Positions 1-9,200 of a stretch of DNA of 31,058 nt are shown here, in pieces. The position numbers were made by a program, and so were the translations under genes. The stretch is taken from contig NEEC01000267.1 in the NCBI GenBank assembly GCA_002189035.1, positions 1-31,058 of the forward strand. Reading direction: 5' to 3'. Under the pieces are notes generated by a model. That model searched no databases, was not told where the DNA came from, and saw nothing but the letters and a program-made list of their open reading frames with translations. Position 1 is the stretch's first letter. Each line of letters starts with the position of its first letter. This DNA comes from Utricularia gibba. Taxonomy: Eukaryota; Plantae; Magnoliophyta.

Positions 1-5
1 ATCGG

Positions 6-68
6 GTCCTACTCGACGAAAATCGTGATGCAGTTATTGAAGTTAGGATTTCATGAGCACCCAAAATG
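6..68 (+). repeat. Near-invariant ~63-bp box shared by all monomer types (first copy shown; recurs in every monomer)
   Basis: GTCCTACTCGACGAAAATCGTGATGCAGTTATTGAAGTTAGGATTTCATGAGCACCCAAAATG is identical in A, B and C. The only deviations I noticed were occasional small deletions and one T>A substitution at 29801. Confidence 0.85.
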
Positions 69-3000
69 GTTTTCTCAACCGCATGCTTTATATTTGATAA
101 GGTGCTCTCGTGGGGCAACGGTATCGAGCAGGAGGTCGAGTCGAGCTCGGGCCCATAGTCATTTTGTAGCTCGGCAAAAAACTTGATGCATTTATTAACG
201 GTTGGTTTTAATAGGCTGCCTCAATGGTTTTCTCAAGGAAAAGCTTGTCGTTTTTGGGCGGGTGATGTCGTTGTGAACTTCGTTCTGACCCAAGGTTCGG
301 TCTGTCTCCTTTGCCAAATCTGGTCCTACTCGACGAAAATCGTGATGCAGTTATTGAAGTTAGGATTTCATGAGCACCCAAAATGCTTTTGTCAATCGCA
401 TGCTTTAGTTGAGGAGGCGCTCTAGTGGGGCACGGTATCGGGCAAAAGGTCGAGTCGGGCTCGTCCCAGAGTCATTTTTAGCCCGTCAAAAAAAGTGATG
501 CATTTATTAACGTTGGGTTTTAATAGGCTGCCTACATGGTTTCTCAAGGAAAAGCTTGTCGTTTCTGGGCGGGTGATGTCTTTTGGAACTTCGTTCTGAC
601 CAAGGTTCGGTCTGACTCCTTTGCCACATCGGGTCCTACTCGACGAAAATCGTGATGCAGTTATTGAAGTTAGGATTTCATGAGCACCCAAAATGGTTTT
701 CTCAACCGCATGCTTTATATTTGATAAGGCTCTCGTGGGGCAACGGTATCGAGCAGGAGGTCGAGTCGAGCTCGGGCCCATAGTCATTTGTAGCCCGGCA
801 AAAAATTGATGCATTTATTAACGTTCGGCTTTATTAGGCTGCCTACATAGTTTCTCAAGGAAAAGCTTGTCGTTTCTGGCGGGTGATGTCGTTGGAACTT
901 CGTTCTGACCCAAGGTTCGGTCTGACTCCTTTGCCACATCGGGTCCTACTCGACGAAAATCGTGATGCAGTTATTGAAGTTAGGATTCATGAGCACCCAA
1001 AATGCTTTTTCAACGCATGCTTTAGTTTGAGGAGGCGCTCTCGTGGGGCACGGTATCGAGCAAGGTCGAGTCGAGCTCGGCCCAGAGTCATTTTAGCTCA
1101 AAAAAAGGATGCATTTATTAACGTTGGGTTTTAATAGGCTGCCTACATGGTTTCTCAAGGAAAAGCTTGTCGTTTCTGGGCGGGTGATGTCTTTTGGAAC
1201 TTCGTTCTGACCAAGGTTCGGTCTGACTCCTTTGCCACATCGGGTCCTACTCGACGAAAATCGTGATGCAGTTATTGAAGTTAGGATTTCATGAGCACCC
1301 AAAATGGTTTTCTCAACCGCATGCTTTATATTTGATAAGGCGCTTCGTGGGGCAACGGTATCGAGTAGGAGGTCGAGTCGAGCTCGGGCCCAGAGTCATT
1401 TGTAGCTCGGCAAAAAAATTGATGCATTTATTAACGTTGGTTTTAATAGGCTGCCTACATGGTTTTCTCAAGGAAAAGCTTGTCGTTTTTTGGGCGGGTG
1501 ATGTCGTTGTGAACTTCGTTCTGACCCAAGGTTCGGTCTGACTCCTTTGCCAAATCGGTCCTACTCGACGAAAATCGTGATGCAGTTATTGAAGTTAGGA
1601 TTTCATGAGCACCCAAAATGGTTTTCTCAACGCATGCTTTGTATTTGAGGCGCTCTCGTGGGGCACGGTATCGAGCAAAAGGTCGAGTCGAGCTCGCCCA
1701 GAGTCATTTGTAGCCTCAAAAAAATGATGCATTTATTAACGTTGGGTTTTAATAGGCTGCCTACATGGTTTTCAAGGAAAAGCTTGTCGTTTCTGGGCGG
1801 GTGATGTCTTTTGGAACTTCGTTCTGACCAAGGTTCGGTCTGACTCCTTTGCCACATCGGGTCCTACTCGACGAAAATCGTGATGCAGTTATTGAAGTTA
1901 GGATTTCATGAGCACCCAAAATGGTTTTCAACGCATGCTTTATATTTGAGGCGCTCTCGTGGGGCAACGGTATCGAGCAGGAGGTCGAGTCGAGCTCGGT
2001 CCAGAGTCATTTGTAGCCGGCAAAAAAATTTGATGCATTTATTAACGTTGGCTTTAATAGGCTGCCTACATGTTTCTCAAGGAAAAGCTTGTCGTTTCTG
2101 GGCGGGTGATGTCTTTTGGAACTTCGTTCTGACCATAGGTTCGGTCTGACTCCTTTGCCAATCGGGTCCTACTCGACGAAAATCGTGATGCAGTTATTGA
2201 AGTTAGGATTTCATGAGCACCCAAAATGGTTTTTCTCAACCGCATGCTTTATATTTGATAAGGCTCTCGTGGGGCAACGGTATCGAGTAGGAGGTCGAGT
2301 CGAGCTCGGGCCCATAGTCATTTGTAGCTCGGCAAAAAAACTTGATGCATTTATTAACGTTTTAATAGGCTGCCTCAATGGTTTTTTCAAGGAAAAGCTT
2401 GTCGTTTTTGGGCGGGTGATGTCGTTGTGAACTTCGTTCTGACCAAGGTTCGGTCTGACTCCTTTGCCAAATCGGGTCCTACTCGACGAAAATCGTGATG
2501 CAGTTATTGAAGTTAGGATTTCATGAGCACCCAAAATGGTTTTCTCAACGCATGCTTTGTATTTGAGGAGGCGCTCTAGTGGGGCACGGTATCGGGCAAA
2601 AGGTCGAGTCGGGCTCGCTCCCAGAGTCATTTTTAGCCAAAAAAATGATGCATTTATTAACGTTGGGTTTAATAGGCTGCCTACATGGTTTCTCAAGGAA
2701 AAGCTTGTCGTTTTGGGCGGGTGATGTCTTTTGGAACTTCGTTCTGACCATAGGTTCGGTCTGTCCTTTGCCACATCGGGTCCTACTCGACGAAAATCGT
2801 GATGCAGTTATTGAAGTTAGGATTTCATGAGCACCCAAAATGGTTTTCTCAACCGCATGCTTTATATTTGATAAGGTGCTCTCGTGGGGCAACGGTATCG
2901 AGTAGGAGGTCGAGTCGAGCTCGGGCCCATAGTCATTTGTAGCTCGGCAAAAAACTTGATGCATTTATTAACGGTTGGTTTTAATAGGCTGCCTCAATGG

Positions 3001-4329
3001 TTTTCTCAAGGAAAAGCTTGTCGTTTTTGGGCGGGTGATGTCGTTGTGAACTTCGTTCTGACCAAGGTTCGGTCTGTCTCCTTTGCCAATCTGGTCCTAC
3101 TCGACGAAAATCGTGATGCAGTTATTGAAGTTAGGATTTCATGAGCACCCAAAATGCTTTTGTCAATCGCATGCTTTGTAGTTGAGGAGGCGCTCTAGTG
3201 GGGCACGGTATCGGGCAAAAGGTCGAGTCGGGCTCGCTCCCAGAGTCATTTTTAGCCTGTCAAAAAAAGTGATGCATTTATTAACGTTGGGTTTTAATAG
3301 GCTGCCTACATGGTTTCTCAAGGAAAAGCTTGTCGTTTCTGGGCGGGGTGATGTCTTTTGGAACTTCGTTCTGACCATAGGTTCGGTCTTCCACATCGGG
3401 TCCTACTCGACGAAAATCGTGATGCAGTTATTGAAGTTAGGATTTCATGAGCACCCAAAATGGTTTTCTCAACCGCATGCTTTATATTTGATAAGGTGCT
3501 CTCGTGGGGCAACGGTATCGAGCAGGAGGTCGAGTCGAGCTCGGGCCCATAGTCATTTGTAGCTCGGCAAAAAACTTGATGCATTTATTAACGTTGGTTT
3601 TTAATAGGCTGCCTCAATGTTTTCTCAAGGAAAAGCTTGTCGTTTTTGGGCGGGTGATGTCGTTGTGAACTTCGTTCTGACCCAAGGTTCGGTCTGTCTC
3701 CTTTGCCAATCGGTCCTACTCGACGAAAATCGTGATGCAGTTATTGAAGTTAGGATTTCATGAGCACCCAAAATGGTTTCTCAACCGCATGCTTTGTATT
3801 GAGGAGGCGCTCTCGTGGGGCAACGGTATCGGGCAAAAGGTCGAGTCGGTCGGCCCAGAGTCATTTTTAGCCTGGCAAAAAAAGTGATGCATTTATTAAC
3901 GTTGGGTTTTAATAGGCTGCCTACATGGTTTCTCAAGGAAAAGCTTGTCGTTTCTGGGCGGGTGATGTCTTTTGGAACTTCGTTCTGACCATAGGTTCGG
4001 TCTGACTCCTTTGCCACATCGGGTCCTACTCGACGAAAATCGTGATGCAGTTATTGAAGTTAGGATTTCATGAGCACCAAAAATGGTTTTCTCAACCGCA
4101 TGCTTTATATTTGATAAGGCACTCTCGTGGGGCAACGGTATCGAGCAGGAGGTCGAGTCGAGCTCGGGCCCAGAGTCATTTGTAGCAAAAAAATTGATGC
4201 ATTTATTAACGTTGGTTTATTAGGCTGCCTACATGTTTCTCAAGGAAAAGCTTGTCGTTTCTGGGGGGTGATGTCTTTTGGAACTTCGTTCTGACCATAG
4301 GTTCGGTCTGACTCCTTTGCCACATCGGG

Positions 4330-4645
4330 TCCTACTCGACGAAAATCGTGATGCAGTTATTGAAGTTAGGATTTCATGAGCACCCAAAATGGTTTTCTCA
4401 ACCGCATGCTTTATATTTGATAAGGTGCTCTCGTGGGGCAACGGTATCGAGTAGGAGGTCGAGTCGAGCTCGGGCCCATAGTCATTTGTAGCTCGGCAAA
4501 AAACTTGATGCATTTATTAACGGTTGGTTTTAATAGGCTGCCTCAATGGTTTTCTCAAGGAAAAGCTTGTCGTTTTTGGGCGGGTGATGTCGTTGTGAAC
4601 TTCGTTCTGACCCAAGGTTCGGTCTGTCTCCTTTGCCAAATCTGG
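4330..4645 (+). repeat. Subfamily A monomer, exemplar (316 bp)
   Basis: Diagnostic words: AAGGTGCTCTCG, TCGAGTAGG, CCCATAGTC, CTCGGCAAAAAACTT, AACGGTTGG, CCTCAATGG, GTCGTTGTGAAC, ACCCAAGG, TGTCTCC, AAATCTGG. Near-identical copies start at 5892, 9950 and 19857. Confidence 0.9.
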
Positions 4646-4647
4646 TC
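4332..4647 (+). repeat. Internal dimer: subunit 1 (4332-4488, 157 bp) and subunit 2 (4489-4647, 159 bp)
   Basis: A hand, gap-free alignment of 4332-4411 with 4489-4568 gives 55/80 identities. It includes a perfect 14-mer, AATGGTTTTCTCAA, at 4388-4401 and 4545-4558. Confidence 0.85.
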
Positions 4648-4958
4648 CTACTCGACGAAAATCGTGATGCAGTTATTGAAGTTAGGATTTCATGAGCACC
4701 CAAAATGCTTTTGTCAATCGCATGCTTTGTAGTTGAGGAGGCGCTCTAGTGGGGCACGGTATCGGGCAAAAGGTCGAGTCGGGCTCGCTCCCAGAGTCAT
4801 TTTTAGCCTGTCAAAAAAAGTGATGCATTTATTAACGTTGGGTTTTAATAGGCTGCCTACATGGTTTCTCAAGGAAAAGCTTGTCGTTTCTGGGCGGGTG
4901 ATGTCTTTGGAACTTCGTTCTGACCATAGGTTCGGTCTGACTCCTTTGCCACATCGGG
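4646..4958 (+). repeat. Subfamily C monomer, exemplar (313 bp)
   Basis: Diagnostic head AAAATGCTTTTGTCAATCGCATGCTTTGTAGTTGAGGAGGCGCTCTAGTGGGGCACGGTATCGGGCAAAAGG, then CTCGCTCCCAGAG and TAGCCTGTCAAAAAAAGTG. The tail is of the GTCTTTTGGAAC / ACCATAGG / TGACTCC / ACATCGGG type. About 30 clear copies plus several hybrids. Confidence 0.9.
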
Positions 4959-6207
4959 TCCTACTCGACGAAAATCGTGATGCAGTTATTGAAGTTAGGA
5001 TTTCATGAGCACCCAAAATGGTTTTCTCAACCGCATGCTTTATATTTGATAAGGCTCTCGTGGGGCAACGGTATCGAGTAGGAGGTCGAGTCGAGCTCGG
5101 GCCCATAGTCATTTGTAGCTCGGCAAAAAACTTGATGCATTTATTAACGGTTGGTTTTAATAGGCTGCCTCAATGGTTTTCTCAAGGAAAAGCTTGTCGT
5201 TTTTGGGCGGGTGATGTCGTTGTGAACTTCGTTCTGACCAAGGTTCGGTCTGTCTCCTTTGCCAATCTGGTCCTACTCGACGAAAATCGTGATGCAGTTA
5301 TTGAAGTTAGGATTTCATGAGCACCCAAAATGCTTTTGTCAATCGCATGCTTTGTATTGAGGAGGCGCTCTAGTGGGGCACGGTATCGGGCAAAAGGTCG
5401 AGTCGGGCTCGCTCCCAGAGTCATTTTAGCCTGTCAAAAAAAGTGATGCATTTATTAACGTTGGGTTTTAATAGGCTGCCTACATGGTTTCTCAAGGAAA
5501 AGCTTGTCGTTTCTGGGCGGGTGATGTCTTTTGGAACTTCGTTCTGACCATAGGTTCGGTCTGACTCCTTTGCCACATCGGGTCCTACTCGACGAAAATC
5601 GTGATGCAGTTATTGAAGTTAGGATTTCATGAGCACCCAAAATGGTTTTCTCAACCGCATGCTTTATATTTGATAAGGCTCTCGTGGGGCAACGGTATCG
5701 AGCAGGAGGTCGAGTCGAGCTCGGCCCAGAGTCATTTGTAGCCCGGCAAAAAAATTGATGCATTTATTAACGTTGGTTTATTAGGCTGCCTACATGTTTC
5801 TCAAGGAAAAGCTTGTCGTTTCTGGGCGGGTGATGTCTTTTGGAACTTCGTTCTGACCATAGGTTCGGTCTGACTCCTTTGCCACATCGGGTCCTACTCG
5901 ACGAAAATCGTGATGCAGTTATTGAAGTTAGGATTTCATGAGCACCCAAAATGGTTTTCTCAACCGCATGCTTTATATTTGATAAGGTGCTCTCGTGGGG
6001 CAACGGTATCGAGTAGGAGGTCGAGTCGAGCTCGGGCCCATAGTCATTTGTAGCTCGGCAAAAAACTTGATGCATTTATTAACGGTTGGTTTTAATAGGC
6101 TGCCTCAATGGTTTTCTCAAGGAAAAGCTTGTCGTTTTTGGGCGGGTGATGTCGTTGTGAACTTCGTTCTGACCCAAGGTTCGGTCTGTCTCCTTTGCCA
6201 AATCTGG
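4646..6207 (+). repeat. Candidate 5-mer higher-order repeat C-A-C-B-A (~1.55 kb)
   Basis: The same monomer order occurs at 3095-4645 (one hybrid), 4646-6207, 12419-13953 (one mosaic), 17069-18618 and 19551-21102. Confidence 0.5.
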
Positions 6208-9200
6208 TCCTACTCGACGAAAATCGTGATGCAGTTATTGAAGTTAGGATTTCATGAGCACCCAAAATGCTTTTGTCAATCGCATGCTTTGTAGTTGAGG
6301 AGGCGCTCTAGTGGGGCACGGTATCGGCAAAAGGTCGAGTCGGGCTCGCTCCCAGAGTCATTTTTAGCCTGTCAAAAAAAGTGATGCATTTATTAACGTT
6401 GGGTTTTAATAGGCTGCCTACATGGTTTCTCAAGGAAAAGCTTGTCGTTTCTGGGCGGGTGATGTCTTTTGGAACTTCGTTCTGACCATAGGTTCGGTCT
6501 GACTCCTTTGCCACATCGGGTCCTACTCGACGAAAATCGTGATGCAGTTATTGAAGTTAGGATTCATGAGCACCCAAAATGGTTTTCTCAACCGCATGCT
6601 TTATATTTGATAAGGCCTCTCGTGGGGCAACGGTATCGAGCAGGAGGTCGAGTCGAGCTCGGGCCCAGAGTCATTTGTAGCCCGGCAAAAAAATTGATGC
6701 ATTTATTAACGTTGGTTTATTAGGCTGCCTACATGTTTCTCAAGGAAAAGCTTGTCGTTTCTGGGCGGGTGATGTCGTTGGAACTTCGTTCTGACCAAGG
6801 TTCGGTCTGACTCCTTTGCCACATCGGGTCCTACTCGACGAAAATCGTGATGCAGTTATTGAAGTTAGGATTTCATGAGCACCCAAAATGGTTTTCTCAA
6901 CCGCATGCTTTATATTTGATAAGGCACTCTCGTGGGGCAACGGTATCGAGCAGGAGGTCGAGTCGAGCTCGGCCCAGAGTCATTTGTAGCCCGGCAAAAA
7001 AATTGATGCATTTATTAACGTTGGTTTTAATAGGCTGCCTACATGTTTCTCAAGGAAAAGCTTGTCGTTTCTGGGCGGGTGATGTCGTTGGAACTTCGTT
7101 CTGACCCAAGGTTCGGTCTGACTCCTTTGCCACATCGGGTCCTACTCGACGAAAATCGTGATGCAGTTATTGAAGTTAGGATTCATGAGCACCCAAAATG
7201 GTTTTCTCAACCGCATGCTTTATATTTGATAAGGCGCTCTCGTGGGGCAACGGTATCGAGCAGGAGGTCGAGTCGAGCTCGGGCCCATAGTCATTTGTAG
7301 CTCGGCAAAAAATTGATGCATTTATTAACGTTGGGTTTTAATAGGCTGCCTACATGTTTTCTCAAGGAAAAGCTTGTCGTTTTTGGGCGGGTGATGTCGT
7401 TGGAACTTCGTTCTGACCAAGGTTCGGTCTGTCCTTTGCCACATCGGTCCTACTCGACGAAAATCGTGATGCAGTTATTGAAGTTAGGATTTCATGAGCA
7501 CCCAAAATGGTTTTCTCAACCGCATGCTTTATATTTGATAAGGTGCTCTCGTGGGGCAACGGTATCGAGTAGGAGGTCGAGTCGAGCTCGGGCCCATAGT
7601 CATTTGTAGCTCGGCAAAAAACTTGATGCATTTATTAACGTTGGTTTTAATAGGCTGCCTCAATGGTTTTCTCAAGGAAAAGCTTGTCGTTTTTGGGCGG
7701 GTGATGTCGTTGTGAACTTCGTTCTGACCAAGGTTCGGTCTGTCTCCTTTGCCAAATCTGGTCCTACTCGACGAAAATCGTGATGCAGTTATTGAAGTTA
7801 GGATTTCATGAGCACCCAAAATGCTTTTGTCAATCGCATGCTTTGTAGTTGAGGAGGCGCTCTAGTGGGGCACGGTATCGGGCAAAAGGTCGAGTCGGGC
7901 TCGCTCCCAGAGTCATTTTTAGCCTGTCAAAAAAAGTGATGCATTTATTAACGTTGGGTTTTAATAGGCTGCCTACATGGTTTCTCAAGGAAAAGCTTGT
8001 CGTTTCTGGGCGGGTGATGTCTTTTGGAACTTCGTTCTGACCATAGGTTCGGTCTGACTCCTTTGCCACATCGGGTCCTACTCGACGAAAATCGTGATGC
8101 AGTTATTGAAGTTAGGATTTCATGAGCACCCAAAATGGTTTTCTCAACCGCATGCTTTATATTTGATAAGGCGCTCTCGTGGGGCAACGGTATCGAGCAG
8201 GAGGTCGAGTCGAGCTCGGGCCCATAGTCATTTGTAGCTCGGCAAAAAACTTGATGCATTTATTAACGTTGGGTTTTAATAGGCTGCCTACATGTTTTCT
8301 CAAGGAAAAGCTTGTCGTTTTTGGGCGGGTGATGTCGTTGTGAACTTCGTTCTGACCCAAGGTTCGGTCTGTCTCCTTTGCCAAATCGGTCCTACTCGAC
8401 GAAAATCGTGATGCAGTTATTGAAGTTAGGATTTCATGAGCACCCAAAATGGTTTTCTCAACCGCATGCTTTATATTTGATAAGGTGCTCTCGTGGGGCA
8501 ACGGTATCGAGTAGGAGGTCGAGTCGAGCTCGGGCCCATAGTCATTTGTAGCTCGGCAAAAAACTTGATGCATTTATTAACGGTTGGTTTTAATAGGCTG
8601 CCTCAATGGTTTTCTCAAGGAAAAGCTTGTCGTTTTTGGCGGGTGATGTCGTTGTGAACTTCGTTCTGACCCAAGGTTCGGTCTGTCTCCTTTGCAAATC
8701 TGGTCCTACTCGACGAAAATCGTGATGCAGTTATTGAAGTTAGGATTTCATGAGCACCCAAAATGCTTTTGTCAATCGCATGCTTTGTAGTTGAGGAGGC
8801 GCTCTAGTGGGGCACGGTATCGGGCAAAAGGTCGAGTCGGGCTCGCTCCCAGAGTCATTTTTAGCCTGTCAAAAAAAGTGATGCATTTATTAACGTTGGG
8901 TTTTAATAGGCTGCCTACATGGTTTCTCAAGGAAAAGCTTGTCGTTTCTGGGCGGGTGATGTCTTTTGGAACTTCGTTCTGACCATAGGTTCGGTCTGAC
9001 TCCTTTGCCACATCGGGTCCTACTCGACGAAAATCGTGATGCAGTTATTGAAGTTAGGATTTCATGAGCACCCAAAATGGTTTTCTCAACCGCATGCTTT
9101 ATATTTGATAAGGCACTCTCGTGGGGCAACGGTATCGAGCAGGAGGTCGAGTCGAGCTCGGGCCCAGAGTCATTTGTAGCCGGCAAAAAAATTGATGCAT

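Noticed and set aside
6-68. CRISPR-like pattern of an invariant block alternating with variable sequence
   Set aside because: The intervening ~250 bp are homologous to each other (three subfamilies), not unique 25-45-bp spacers, and there are no cas genes.
49-250. Many 6-bp palindromes per monomer (BspHI, SphI, SacI, ApaI, NsiI, AclI, HindIII)
   Set aside because: About 6-7 per monomer against roughly 5 expected by chance in 313 bp is not a meaningful excess. They are useful only as diagnostic restriction sites.
253-290. Assignment to a named satellite family such as the grass CentC/CentO type (similar subunit length; TTTGGGCGGGTGATGTCG...AACTTCGTT looks vaguely familiar)
   Set aside because: I could not establish collinear homology from memory beyond one short patch. 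A BLASTN or nhmmer search against Repbase, PlantSat or nt is needed, so no family or organism is claimed.
166-305. Pol III A-box-like TAGCTCGG and B-box-like GGTTCGGTC, suggesting a tRNA or SINE-derived repeat
   Set aside because: The B-box lacks the invariant A of GTTCRANNC, the spacing of about 130 bp is too long for a tRNA, and no cloverleaf is evident.
7-323. 5S rDNA tandem unit (similar size to plant 5S repeats)
   Set aside because: There is no recognisable 120-nt 5S rRNA coding sequence or internal control region on either strand.
886-906. CENP-B-box-like word GTCGTTGGAACTTCGTT in some B tails (shares TCGTTGGAA with the human box)
   Set aside because: Only about 5 of the 9 essential positions of TTCGnnnnAnnCGGG match and the CGGG end is missing. 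The word is also absent from most monomers.
4489-4580. A/T tracts spaced roughly one or two helical turns apart (possible intrinsic curvature)
   Set aside because: The phasing is only partial by eye and cannot be supported without a curvature or periodicity computation.
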